Source: Mobula hypostoma
Lineage: Eukaryota
NCBI RefSeq assembly: GCF_963921235.1
Contig: NC_086108.1
Coordinates: 34,846,001-34,910,000 of the forward strand
Reading direction: 5' to 3'
DNA: 64,000 nucleotides
Every line of letters starts with the position of its first letter. The first letter of the stretch is position 1. This document shows, in pieces, positions 13,201 through 26,064 of this stretch. A model generated the notes under the pieces. The model was not told where the DNA came from. It worked only from the letters and a program-made list of their open reading frames with translations, and did not search any database. A program made the position numbers and the translations under genes.

Positions 13201-13955
13201 GATTCGAAGGTTCATTTATTATCAAAGTATACAATACTGAAATTCTTCTCCTCCAGATTGCTATAACACCAAGAAAGAAAAGAATTGCAGCATGATTATC
13301 AACTCCCAAATCTCCCCTGCCTGCGCACAAAAAGAAATGAGAAAGTTTGGGCAAAAAACACAGAATATAAAAAGCTATAAGACCAAAAAGAGTCCATAAT
13401 CCTAGTCCATATCCAAAGCACAGAAAACCTGGGTAACAGTCTCTTTGCTACAGTGGCAGAATCTCCCCTCTCCATAGCAGAGCGATGCCACCAGTGATCA
13501 AAAGGCAGTCTCCCCTCCCCATAGCAGAGTAATCCCACCAGTGATCAAAAGGTAATCTCCTCTCTCCAATAGCAGAGCAATCCCACCAGCGATCAAAAGG
13601 CAGGCAGCTGGCGCTCACATCCCGCTTTTGCCTCAATGTTTCAATCTTCCTCGTCCCTTAATCGTTGAACAATGGGTGCTTTAATTGGCAAAATTGACAT
13701 GTCCCATCCCGCAGTCTTTTTGTAATGAGGTTTGCATACACTGCCCCTGTCTCTCGGAATCCTCTCAATTACTGCAGAATTGCTGAAGCACCCAAATGAT
13801 CTCCAAACTGCAAATCAAAGGCTCCAATGGTTCCAGAATCACATTCAAGATGAACACAAACATAAAGGACATGAAAGTGAAATATATGACTTATGGTCTA
13901 TCCAGAAAATATCGACTGCGGGAGCATTGTACGTAGAAGTCATTTTGACCGGACG
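13201..13955 (-). mobile_element. Non-autonomous retroelement containing an internal 47-bp tandem repeat
   Basis: Minus-strand start TCCGGTCAAAATGAC; 3' end ...ctttgataataaatgaaccttcgaatc, a tail type also seen near 11030 and 22630. Confidence 0.5.
13460..13601. repeat. Minisatellite, 3 copies of about 47 bp
   Basis: Unit aatctcccctctccatagcagagcgatgccaccagtgatcaaaaggc, repeated three times with few substitutions. Confidence 0.9.
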
Positions 13956-14914
13956 CTTTACTGTCCTTGGCTTGACTGAATAAACACCCTGCTCGTGCCC
14001 TCACTCTGCCGACTACCCCATCTTCGGCTTGTACTCAACCCACTCATGGGTTATAAAGAGAGGGCTTTGCTTTAAGAAGGCTGCTGTGGTTTTAGTGACT
14101 GGAGATTGTCCTGTAATATAACACCTATCAGTTAATTAAGCTGCAGCTGGGAATGATATTTATAGAGTCTCAATTCACTGGCCACTGTGCTCAGCTGTGG
14201 AGTTTAATCAGAACAATATGGCTGTGTGATTTATACCTCAGTGGATGGCCCCTGTCATGCTTGTTGTTTCTCACTACTTCTGCTGTGTGTGCACTCTCCT
14301 GTAAATTCTCTCATTTTGCACAGGAACTTCTGCCCAGCAAGAACAATGAATCTAGTTTATTCTCTCACTCATGGCTTTTGCAACTGGATAGATTTGCTGC
14401 CTGTTTCTGTGTTTTCCCACATTCTTCCTCCTCTTCAGGTCTTGCCATTGCAACAGTGTCCACGTTCTTGAAATCTCCCTCTGATTTTGTTTGTTTCTCT
14501 TTCCTTTTTGTAAATTTGTGCTTGATGGTGGTCAGGGACTTAGCCGCATCTCTCACTCTCTAACATTTTCACTCACACTCACATTTGACCAGCTGTAAGA
14601 AATATCTCTGTGCTTAGAGACCAGGAATCATGGGTAAAAGGAGCAGAGGTGGCCATTCAACCTTTCCAAGCCTGCTCTGCCATTTAACAGCCCATGCTCA
14701 AGGCTGATCCTGTGCTTCAAAGCCCGCTTCTTTACTCTCTACAATTTCCTTGATCCTTTTAACATTAGGATATCTTATGTCTTATCTTGTGTCATCTCTG
14801 TCAAAATGGCCAACTCCATACATTGCACAAGTAAACAAGTAACGTGCAAGAGCCACAACAACATCAAGAGATTATTCTTAGAATATAAGAGGTCCGTTCA
14901 AGAATAATCCTCCA

Positions 14915-15300
14915 AGAGGACCACAACTTTGTGGTTCAGAGGCTTGTCTGCCTCAGTGACCCAGAGAGCTATCTAGGCTGGAGTCAGAGCTTTAAGGTTT
15001 GGCTCTTGGTAGGGTCATGTCAAACAGGTCAAAAGGTAGCGGCCAGACCAAGAGTGGTCCATTGGTGCTCCAGGTTCAAGGGTTCAGCTCAGGGCTAACA
15101 ACCCTGATTGATAACACAAGATTGTATGGAAACAGCAATGAAGAATCCTTCTACACCTGAGTGCAATGGTATTCCTTAGTCTCCATCCAGAACTTGCATG
15201 ATTGACAGTAGTGAAAACTGAGCTACTGACATGATGGAAGAAGCCCTGAACACCAACAGGGATGGAGGGCCTTTATTTACTGCTGCCTCAAATAGCAGGC
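14915..15300 (+). mobile_element. RTE-clade 5' UTR-like non-autonomous element
   Basis: gtggttcagaggcttgtctgcctcagtgacccagagagcta...ggtagggtc...aaacaggtc...ggccagac...gggctaacaaccc resembles RTE/BovB-type 5' leaders (recognised from memory, not aligned). Confidence 0.4.
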
Positions 15301-17146
15301 AGCAGAACGGGCAGTAGAAAAGAGAGAGTTCAAGAGTGATAACAGTGAGGAAGCTATAACAGGTACAGGTAGAAACTACCTTTCAGTCTGATGGGAGATA
15401 CTTCCAAGCTTTTTTTTATCTGCTGTCTGACAGGAGATGGGAGAAGAGATAATGACCGTGGGAGTAGAAGTCTTAATTATGTTAACTGCTTTTCCAAGGC
15501 AGCAGGAAAGTGTAGATGGAGTTGATGAAGGGGAGACAGCTTTATGTGATGAACTGGACAGTGTCCATCACCATCTGCGATTGCTTGTGGTCATGGGCAG
15601 AGCATTCACATCCAGGTAGGATATTTTCTGTGGTCCATTTGTAAAAATTGGTTAGAGTTATCAGGCATCTGCCCGGTTTTCTTACCTTCTGAGGAAATCA
15701 AGAAGTGGTGTTGGTGCTTTCTTGGCCGAAGTATCATTCTTCCTTAAGTATGGAAATCAGACCTATATACAATACTTCAGGTGAAGTCTCGCTGGGGCTT
15801 TTTATAATTTCAGTAGGATATCACTAATCTTGTACTCAAATCCTCTGACAGCATAGTTTAACACACTATTGGCTGCTCTAATTATTTACTGAACCCCACA
15901 TGTTAGATTTCAGTGATTTTTGCATAAGGACAACCAGGTCCCTTTGAACATCTTTCAAACTCTCACTATTAAAAGAAAAGTCTTGTTTTCCCTTCAAAGT
16001 GATAACTATACATTTTGCCACATTCTATTCCACCTGTCAAGTCCATGTTCATTCACTTATGCTGTTCATATCCCCTTGAAGCCTCTTCTGTGTATTTGCC
16101 TCACAACTCACACTCCTACCTCGCACTGGATTATCAGCAAACTTCAGTATGTTACGATTGTTCCTCTGGTCCCAAGCAGTGCAGTAGTATGGTTTGAATT
16201 TTGATCCTGCTTTGTGGACATTGGAGGAAGGGAAATGTAAAAGAAGGGCTTCCTGTTCATTATTTGGATGGCTGTTTGGCAGGTTATATTGCTGCAATAC
16301 TTCCATTATATTCATGCATCGGGCAGTGAATCATTCATTATGTGTTTAATCACCTGTTCGTGATGACAAACTCACACTGAATATGACTTTCAGCTCACCT
16401 TATACATCAAACTTCACTTCCTTTTTTATAAATCTATTACACGTTTTGCCGAGACAATATAGAGATGCCAATGACCTACATGGAAGATCAAAGCCAGGAA
16501 ACTTCTGTGACTTTTTGTTCACTGGGTACCTGTTTGTGATATCTTACTAGTTTCACTGGATTTGGAATTGTCTTGCAGGAGATTTAGATAATCTGATTCA
16601 GGAAGTTTTGTATAATTTCAAGAGATGGTAAAGTTTTGTAGAAAGAGGGTGATGTTTAATCATTATTGCAGTGGATCCCAGCACAGACAGCCAATGTGCT
16701 GGAATCTACTTGATGGTCCCAGAGATGCTCCACATTACAGTGCTCAGTTTGATAAGAGGTCTTATCTTATTCCTAGGTCTTCTTCCTAGCCAAATCACTT
16801 GGTTCTTTGCAATATGAGTTTGCAGGTTCTGAGGTGGCTGCCAAAACCAGTATTGGAAGTATAGATGCTTCCACAGATGGTGGTTATTGGGGAGGGTGGA
16901 TGAGTAGTTTGTGGGTGGTACACATTTCTGCTGCTTATGGATGCTCACAATGAATGGACTTGATACCTAAATGCTCCTTCTCCCACTTTGAAGTTGGCTT
17001 GGGCCAGAAAGAATCCTAAAAGTCAGGGAAATGTTGCAAATCTTCAAGGGGACATTGAGCAGATCCTAAAATCTTTTCCTCTATGTGCCTGATAATCTGT
17101 TTCTGTGATTTAGTTTATTCAAGGTGCTCAGTCACTAAGTTTATAA

Positions 17147-17838
17147 CAGACATCCCACCCTGCAAAAACTCATTTCAGGGAGGTAGCGCCATCAATTTGC
17201 GGGAGACTCCCGGAACTTCTGGGAGAGGTGGGATGTCTGCAATAGAGTAGCTCCTGAGCAGCTAGCCAACTAGTTTAAATAACGTTAGCTATGCTAATGA
17301 ACGAATGACACCTGGTAAACTCACCTCAACATGTCTTTTACGGTCTTAACCCACCATGGGCAATAGAAAAGTCACTGTTGCAAACAGTGCAGCGAGCAAC
17401 ACTGTCATTATTTTTGACCCCTATTAGGCTGGGGTACACTTCAGTGTAGTCTGGGGTGACATACGTTTTAAATTTTCTTTTTTTTTGGAACACTCTGCCA
17501 TGGCGCTCTGGTGGTCTCTCTCTCTCTCTCTCGCTCTCGTGGTCTCTCTCACGCTCTCTCTCTCTCGCTGTCGTCTCTCTCGCACTCGCTGTCTCTCTCG
17601 CACTCGCTCTCTCTCTCGCTCTCGTCTCTCTCGCGCGCTCTCTCTCGCTCTCGCGGTCTCTCTCATGCTCGTTCTCTCTCTCGTGCTCACTCTCTCTCTC
17701 GTGGTCGCTCTCTCTATCTCTCTCTTCTCTCTCTCTCATGGTCTCTCTCGCTCTCATGGTCTCGCTCGCTCTCTCTCGCTCTTTCGCTCTCGTGGTCTCA
17801 TGCTCACTCTCTCTCTCTCGTGGTCTCTCTCGCGCTCA

Positions 17839-17872
<34 letters not shown>

Positions 17873-17983
17873 CTTCTGCTCTCCCTCTCATTTCCGGGAT
17901 ATTGTATATAATTTGCGGGCATCAGGGAACCACTATTAATATGCGGGAGACTCCCGACACTTCCGGGAGAGGTGGGATGTCTG
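17147..17983 (-). mobile_element. Non-autonomous hAT-superfamily element with a transposase N-terminal zinc-finger remnant
   Basis: TIR CAGACATCCCACC ... GGTGGGATGTCTG; flanking TTATAA at 17141-17146 and 17984-17989; minus-strand peptide KKKRKFKTYVTPDYTEVYPSL...ARCTVCNSDFSIAHGG (BED-like finger). Confidence 0.8.
17515..17872. repeat. Compound (CT)n/(CTCG) microsatellite inside the hAT element
   Basis: About 360 bp of ctctctcg/ctcgtggtctctc units; it explains the spurious RE-rich and SL-rich ORFs. Confidence 0.95.
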
Positions 17984-19979
17984 TTATAAGGGCCTTTGTT
18001 GACGCCTTTGCTCTGATGCAGAGAGCCCCCAGCTTGTGTTTGCCAACTTCTAAATCAGGAGGTTGGTATACATTACAGGTCCAATAGAACTGGACGAGTG
18101 GCCCATAAAATCAGGATCAAATCAGCACTGCTGCTGAGCAGATTAATTTAATTCAGCAAATTTGGAGTAAAGGTGGTCTGCATATTGCAATAATAGTTGA
18201 CCTTTTGTGCTTTTTTTTAAGATATTCTGAACATGATTTTTTTTAGACTTTGCATACTATGGTCAATTTTCTGCTGCAGAATCAGCGAATTGAATCTGTG
18301 GTTAATACCCTACCATCATGGGGCTGTGTTTATCCGGCTTTCATATTCAGAAGTCATTTTGCTCGTTGCTAATTGTGTCTGGGGGTTTATCCCATATTGT
18401 GTTGTACTTTCACACATTCTGAGTACTTAACCGGGCAGTGAATCAGAATGGCTTGCTCAGAATTAATAAGAGAATCTTAGGTTGTGGAATTAGGTACACA
18501 CTGTACCACAGAGATTTTATTTCTTCACCCCGTTTGTTTGAATGTACAAAGCAATCACTGACTTCTTCTTTGATATGAATAATAGAACAATTCCATTAAA
18601 AGGCTGTGTATTTGACAGAGAAGCACATGATGTCATTATGTAAAATTAAGCCTTGAAATGATGGTATTTATCTAATGTAGTAATTTTTATTTTATGCAAT
18701 GCTGTGTCCTTGTTGGTGGAGCATTGTTTATTAAGCTAAGCACAATCCTGTACTTCGGCAAGTTTTTAATCTAATGCTTTCTAATTGGGTGATATGAACT
18801 CACAAAGATGACATTGATGTTTCTGGAAAGGATTATAGATTGATGGAAAGTTAATTCCTGCAGCAAAATAATTAGTTGAAATCATGGGAAGTGTAAATGG
18901 AACATCTGTAGAGCTGAAAAGGGAGATTGCAGTTACTACATAAAATGTGCAGTTTGTTCTAAAGAATGGAAAGCAGGAATTTAAACCTGGGAAACTGAAA
19001 ACGCATATCCAGACTAGTAAAGGACAAAAATGAAACCTAGTTAGTTCTGGTCTTGGGCTAAACTAATGTTCTTTTCCTTGGATAAAATTATTTCTATCAG
19101 ACTTCGAGAAGACCTCTTATTAGTCATTCCAAAATTTAATATTTGATATTCTGTCTGAGTTTACAAGCAGGACAAAATGTAAAAGCAATGTAGGAAAACA
19201 ATATGTTGAAGTCTGCAAATTACATTTTGCAGTATAATAGAGATTAAGTACTTGATACGTTTGGAATAATATTCCTTGGCTGCATTCTGAACTTAAATGG
19301 GAAAACAGCAGACTGAGGCATGTAGTGTAAGCTCATTAAATAATCACCCATTAGAATTGTCATTAGCTGTTCCTAGACATAAATCAGAAGCAGAAAGTCA
19401 ATTCATCCAAGTAATACGTGTTTTGCCTGATTTTGTTGGAGATAAAGCCCCTTCGACTCTTCAGGTTAACAGTGAAATTAGGCCTCTTTAGACTTAAATT
19501 GACAGTTGATGTTCAGTGAATCAAATATTAGAAATGGAATCTCATTGAAAACTGGACTAGTTTCGTGTAATATTTGCTCAGCTGATAGCACATTTGGATG
19601 CAAAGCTATCTGCTCTTTTATAATTATGCCAATGGAAGAATGAATTCAGATTTTCCAATATCTGTGGAGGAAACAATACTCATTGTTTATTACTGATCAT
19701 AAAATGACACTAAATGTGTTTTTCATTATAGTGAGCAACTTGCATCTTTAGAGTAGCTCTGTGTTCTGATTTTACAATGAATCCCAGCTGTCCAACAGAC
19801 TGGATGGCAAACGTATGAATAGGAAATGTAAAAGACATTGGTAGAGAAATTCATTTGCTTGCCTTTTTTATTTCAGTTTTCTGCTCTCATTCCTGGAGTG
19901 GATTATAATAGATCCCATTTCAAATTTTACCCAGGTAGTCCTTTTCGTGCCTCACATTTTGCTAAGGGCAACGTTTCTG

Positions 19980-20530
19980 GGTCAGAATCAGAATAAGGTT
20001 TATGTCATGTAATTTGTTATTTTGTGGCTGCAGTACAGTGGAAGACATAAGATATTACTATAGGTTACAATAAATAAATTGCACGAAAGAGAAAGAGCGA
20101 GGTGTTCATGGGTTTGTTGACCATTCAGAAATTTAATTTTGGAAGGGAAGAAGCTGTTCCTAGAACATTACATGTGGGTCTTCAGGCTCCCTGGTGGTAG
20201 TAATGAAAAGAGCGCATGTCCTGGATGGTGAGGGTCTTTAGTGATGGATGTTGCCTTCTTGAAGATGTCCTCACTGGTAGGGAGGATTGTGTCCATGCTA
20301 AAGGCTGAGTCTATAAATCTGTGAAACCTCTCAGCCCTATGCACTGGAACCGCCATACCAGATAGTGATGCAACTAGTCAGAATGCTCTCCACCATGCAT
20401 CTGTAGAGATCTGATAGAGTTTTACCAAATCTCTCGAAATCCTGATGAAGTATAGCTACTGGTGTGCCTCGTCATGATTGTATCAGTGCATTGGGCCCCG
20501 GATAGATCCTCTGAGATGTTGACGGCCAGG
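19980..20530 (-). mobile_element. Rex1/Babar 3' fragment
   Basis: ORF 20168-20356 KKATSITKDPHHPGHALFSLLP; tcagaatcagaat tail. Confidence 0.75.
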
Positions 20531-21490
20531 ATCAGACAAATCTACCAACAACGCTCCCCCTGCAGTACTCCTTCAAGAAAAGGCCGTGGAAATGAGCTCA
20601 TATTACTCCCGAGGTTGACTGTCATGTGGGTGAACACCTGGGTTTTCGAGGCCCTACAGACTTCAGAATTAATGCAGGGGCTCAGTGACTAGGTCTGAGC
20701 TCTTTAGTAAACTCTCCCACCTTCTTCAATAACCCACAAAGGCTGCCAACTCATGATTCTGTTTGTCCTGATTCTCAAAGCTTCATAGAAACCACTCAGT
20801 AAGTCCTCCCCGCCAGCCCCTACCCTCTAACCTTAAGCCAAAGTCCTTTGGAACAACACCCATGGGTCCTGAGCCTGTGGACCTAACTCAATGAGTAGAT
20901 CACTGGTCCTTACTGCACTGTGACATGCACACTGCCCACTCTTCCCAACATATCTGCAACTATACAGCAGGCAAAGGAACGTGTGTAAATCCCACACCAT
21001 AGGGTGCAGTACTTGGGGCCTCAGACACAACTGGATTCGTAACTTGTCACGATGTGCGCTGGCAATGTTGGAAACCACGTGCAGAGGAAAGACAGGCTCC
21101 AATATAGAGACAGCGACCAGACTTTATTCATAAGAATTCCAACAGAAGAAAGGTGGCTCGGCCAAGCAACACTGCAAGACATAACATTCTCAAAACTAGG
21201 ACCCCACAATCAGGCACCAACTTAAATAATCCAAGTAACATGGAATCCCCAAGCATTCAAAATAAACATAACAAGTTTTGACAGAAAGCACCAGGAGGCC
21301 GCTTTACAAAGAGCAAGTCACTCAAGAAAAACACAAGGAACTCTAAATGATAAACGGTTCTCATTAAACAACAATTAGTTAATTCAGGTGCTGAAAAAAC
21401 CTTGGAGCCCAATGCTGTCTGGCTCCCCGCATAGGCCGGAAGAACTCAATACAGTAACCAGCAACCAGGGTAGATTAACCTGTTACTGTA
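20530..21490 (-). mobile_element. Possible Gypsy-type LTR plus adjacent internal fragment
   Basis: Minus strand has AATAAA followed by ...cacatcgTGACA (LTR-like end near 21045) and a cacctgaattaactaatt motif; no recognisable protein. Confidence 0.3.
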
Positions 21491-22059
21491 GGTGCAGAGG
21501 AGAACCAGTGCTGATCTCTATATTGTGATGCCACTTAGAGGTTTTCCCCAACTTTATTGCTTTGGAAGCAAGACAGACAGGAAAAGGAGCATGTTCATAG
21601 AGTTGTAGCACCAGATCCATATCCACCTGTAGGAATCCCATATGTCAGGGCTGCATTCTTCAGTGCCTTGACTACTTCAAAGTTGGTAAATGACTTTGAA
21701 ATGCAGTAGTGCAGTGGAGACACAGGAGACTGAAGGTGCTGAAATCTGGAAGAGCTCAGTGGGTCAAGCGGCATCTGTGAGTGGAAAGGAATTGTCGATG
21801 TTTTTTGGGTTGAATCCCTGCGCCAGTCCCAAGTTTTACTGTCAGGTTGTTTGTAGCTCACGTGTATTAATTGTGTCTGACTCCACCAGATCCTCTGGCA
21901 GCCCATTCCAGATATCAGCAATTCTCAGCGTAAGCAAACCTATCCTTCAGATCTCCTTTATATCTCCTGCACCATACCTTAAAACTGTGTCCTCATGTTT
22001 GTGATACCTTGGAAGAGCACTATATATAGAGTGGAATGTAAAGAAACCTTTTGTAATAA

Positions 22060-22655
22060 CACTTAAAACGGCACTTTAACCAGTGGTGCATGGGTCCTAG
22101 AGCAAGGCACAATGCATTGTTTGTACAATTTAAACGCCATCCCAGATCGGAGGCGAGAGCCGATTTCACTCACTCTGCACGATCTTCATTCCTCAGTCCA
22201 GGGTGTGGAGCATCTTATTGTTCCGTTATTGGGTCAATTTAAATGCTGGCCCAAATAGACTGAAAAGACGGAGCTGATTTTGCTCGCTGTCTGTGATAGT
22301 GATCTCCATGGCGCTGAGGCTGTGAAGACTGGCCCGGCTACTGTGCTCCATGCCCGCTAATATGATAAACTGATTAGAGAGGCTTTGGGCCTACTCTGGG
22401 CTGCTCCAGGGTTCAGATCTGAGGATTCATTTTTAGTCGAGAATGCTGTTGTTCACTTAAATTGCTTGCATGACTTGTATTTTTTTTTTGTTTTCTTTCT
22501 CTTGCCCATCGAGTGTTGGTCTTTTATTTTTACTGTATTTTTTTTCTTTAAATTGGATTATTTCAGATTTCTTGCTTTGTGGCTACCTGTGAGCAAGCAA
22601 ATCTCAAGGTTGTATAATTTCTACATTCTTTGATAATAACCGTACTTGCAATTGA
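22060..22655 (+). mobile_element. Non-autonomous retroelement with a 3' tail shared with 10650-11050
   Basis: Common tail aaatctcaaggttgta(t/c)aat...ctttgataataa...gtactt after a T-rich tract. Confidence 0.5.
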
Positions 22656-22681
22656 AATTAAAGTGTGGAAGACTATGGGCT

Positions 22682-23524
22682 TGTCACGTGACCGGCAACA
22701 ATGAATATATCAATTGAGTCTGGTTTTATAAAGACAAACAAACACTTATTAAACTCTGATGAACAATGGCGAAAAATATTCAAACGACTAATTTAACTGG
22801 AAGTTAACTGCTATACGGCAAACTCTGGATCAGTTCTTAAAAGAGTAAATGCGAAAACAGTTCTTAAAGCGGTAAATTCGAACACAGTTCTTAGAATGGT
22901 AAATTCGAAAGTCCAAGAGATTTATACAGACAATTAGGAGAGTCTTTCCTGAAGTAAAGAATTCCTCGAAGACGTGACATTACAGCTGATCCCAGCCGGA
23001 ACCTGCCTTGTCTGCAGGATTCACAACGACGGAAATAAAACGGTTTAAAGGAACTGACCTTTTCCTCTGGAGAATAGACACTGCACTATCCTTCCTACTT
23101 TAGCAGGGGATACCTCAGTTGCAAGTCACTTTTTCTTGAACCAAGATTCAATATAGGTCGATCCTCTCCAAAACCGCCAAACGATATCAAAATTACTCAA
23201 CTTGGTGAATTCCTGTACTTTGGTAAGTTCTTCACTCTACAATACTATTTACAATAGAAAGTAAAACTCCACTTTAAAACAAAACTGCGTCATAAGCGGA
23301 ACACGCAGCAAAACGGAGTATCTAATACAAAACTAAACTGAAAATTTACTGTGTCACCAGGGGTCTCCCTTTTATATACCAGTTGAGAACATGTCATCAT
23401 GTGACCTCACTGGCAGGAAAATTATATCATGTGACCTCCACAAGACCTTTACATCATGCTCATAAGACACTCAATTACATCATGGTCATAAGACAGTCAC
23501 AAGACATCCATGAGGTATGTAACA
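22682..23524 (-). mobile_element. Solo LTR (Gypsy-like), 843 bp
   Basis: TGT...ACA termini (tgtcacg... / ...tatgtaaca); 4-bp TSD GGCT/GGCC (one mismatch); minus-strand TATA box ggtatataaaaggg near 23375; internal short tandem repeats. Confidence 0.75.
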
Positions 23525-24711
23525 GGCCAAATTCAGGGAAACGAGAATAATGTAGATAGGTATTAGATGGCCAGCATGAACATGGTGGGCCGAGAGAGGC
23601 CAGTTTCCATGCTGGGTAATCCTGTGATCCAAGGACAAGATTTCAAGGGACACAACTGAGAGCATTGGAAGCCCTCAGCAGTTAAGGAAGCATCTATTTA
23701 AAGAGAGATAATGAAGGCCTTTCATTAGAATTGAGAAATGAGTCAGTCTGAAGTTGAAGTGAAGGTGGGAAAGAGATGGGTGACAAGTAAGGGCAGGATT
23801 GAGATGGGAATAAGTTTAAAAGGTCCTGTAGTCAATGGGTTAATGAGGGCATTTAGGGAGATACAGTGTGTGTGAGAGAGAGAGAGGGAGAGAGGAAGAG
23901 AAATAAAAACTACAGATGAGGGATATTTAGGGAGAAATACACATTCCTTAGTTTTGATGAAGGGTGTTCAACTTAAAAACATAAGCTCTAGTTGCTTCTT
24001 TCTCCATAGATGCTACCCAACCTACTGAGTGTTTTGTTCGATTTTGGATTACAAACATCTGTGGTGATTGTACGTGGGGTGCACAGGACAATTAAGCCTT
24101 TGGCTTGCGTATCTTTGTTGCGTTTTCACCTGGACTTGTGGTGTACCGTTGGACAGTGTGCAGTGTGAGTGATTATCCTGGGCATTCTTTGTGATTGCAA
24201 GGCCCTATTGGACATTGGTCACGTGGAATTCTGCAAGTCTGGTTCACTGTTTCATTGGCGATACCCACAGCGGGGGAGCTGCCTTACCTTACAGTTTTGG
24301 GGAAGACTAGGCCGAGGCCGCAGAGTCGCCGGTTGCAGCTGACGAGGAGAGGAGATGCCAAAGTGGTGTGGAGAACCGCTGTAGAACACGCTGGAATCCG
24401 TATTTGAGTTGGGGGCTAGCCTGTCCCATTGGTGCTGCCCTCTAGTGTTCACTCAGGGGAAAAACAAGCTGGACCAGGACAACTTCCCATCAATTCCACA
24501 ATCATGCCACTCAGGGACTTGGACTAAAATGTTTTCTTTGTGACAATATGTTTTCCTGAAAGCATAACCATATATGCAGTGTGCTATGTGCTGTTGGTAA
24601 TGTGTTTTGCATCTTGGCCCCGGAACAACGCTGTTTTGATTGACTATATTTATGTATTGTAGAATGAGAATAAAACTTGATCTTGAATTCTTCCCCTTTC
24701 CCTCAACACTT

Positions 24712-25925
24712 CAAAGTAACTTTAATTATCAGAATACATATATGTCACCACATACAACCCTGAGATTCTGTGGGCATACTCAGCAAATCTATAGAATAGT
24801 AACTGTAACAGGAGAAATAAAAGATCAACCAGAAGACAACAAACTGCAAATGTAAATATAAATAAATAGCAATAAATAACAAGAACATGAAATAAGATAA
24901 GAGATCCTTAAAGTGGAATCATTGGTTGTGGGAGTATCTCAGTGAATGGGCAACTGAGTGTAGTTATTTCCTTTGGTTGAAGATCCTGATGGTTGAGGGG
25001 TAGTTACTGTTCCTGAACCTGGTGGTGCAAGGCTCTTGTACCTTCTACCTGATGGAAGCAGTGAGAAGAGAGCATGGCCTGGGTGATGGGGATCTCTGAT
25101 GATAGGTGCTGGTTTCCTATGACAGTATTTCATGTAGATGTGCTCAATAGTTGGGAGGCCTTTTTACCTGTGAACAGGACAGAATCCACTACCTTTTGTA
25201 GAATTTTCCGTTCAAAGGCATTGGTGTTTCCATACCAGGCCATGATGCAGCCAGTCAATACACTCTCTAGTGCACATCTATAGAAGTTTGTTAAAGTTTT
25301 TGATGTTGTGTCTGCAGACTCCTAAGGAAGTAAAGGCACTGACATGCTTTCTTTCCAATTATATTTACATGCAGGGTCCAGGACAGGCCCTCTGAAGTAG
25401 TAACACTCAGCAATTCAATGTTGCTAACCCTCTCTACCTCTGGTCCTCTAATGAGGACTGGCTCATGGACCTCTGGTTTCCCTCTCCTGAAGTCTACAGT
25501 CAGTTCCTTGGTTTTGCTGACATTGAGTGAGAGGCTGTATGCTGATTTGACACCACCCTTGATATGGTCCACAACAGTGCTGTTATCAGCAAATTTGAAT
25601 ATGATGTTGGAGCTGTGCTTAGCCGCACAGTCATAGGTGGGAGCTAAGCACGCATCCCTGTGGTGCACCTGCACTGATGGAGATTATGGAGGAGGTGTTT
25701 TTGCCAATCCAAACTGACTGAGGTCTACTAAAGAGGAAATTGAGGATGCAATTGCACAAGGAGGTATTGAGGCCCAGGTCTTGGAGCTTATTGATTAGTT
25801 TTGAGGGGAAAATGGTATTAAATGCTCAACTGTAATCAATAAAGAACCTCGTGATGTATGCACCTTTGCTGTTCAGATATTCCAGGGTTGAATGAAGATC
25901 CAGTGAGATGGCATCTGCTGCTAGA
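24712..25925 (-). mobile_element. Rex1/Babar LINE relic (RT and C-terminus)
   Basis: ORF 25291-25674 ([23 protein letters not shown]...LSLNVSKTKELTVDFRR) and ORF 24939-25133 (IIRDPHHPGHALFSLLPSGRRYKS). Confidence 0.85.
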
Positions 25926-26064
25926 CCCTTTGAGTTCCTCCATCAGATGGTTTGTTGCTCAACTATGTTAAGGTTCACTAATTTTGGGAAATGTATGAGG
26001 AAAAGGAACAGATCCTTCTCCCTGCTTTAGTAATGATCTTCACCCATCTCCCCCTCTCTTGCAG

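Noticed and set aside
13460..13601. Regularly spaced 47-bp repeats, and the 34-bp repeats at 26227, as possible CRISPR-like arrays
   Set aside because: The units are contiguous with no unique spacers, there are no cas genes, and the context is a eukaryotic intron.
14365..14556. Charged, protein-like minus-strand ORF (MRDAAKSLTT...PEEEEECGK)
   Set aside because: It is the reverse complement of a pyrimidine-rich tract; no recognisable domain and no partner exons.
17338..18087. Five overlapping long ORFs rich in RE or SL dipeptides
   Set aside because: Products of the (CT)n microsatellite. Only the short zinc-finger-like tail on the minus strand is meaningful, as a transposase relic.
1..26064. 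Search for the NOS1AP exon-7 equivalent (ETDIDAVEV / RGVTDLDA motifs)
   Set aside because: Not found by eye or in the ORF track. It probably lies upstream of the window, although a short diverged exon could have been missed.
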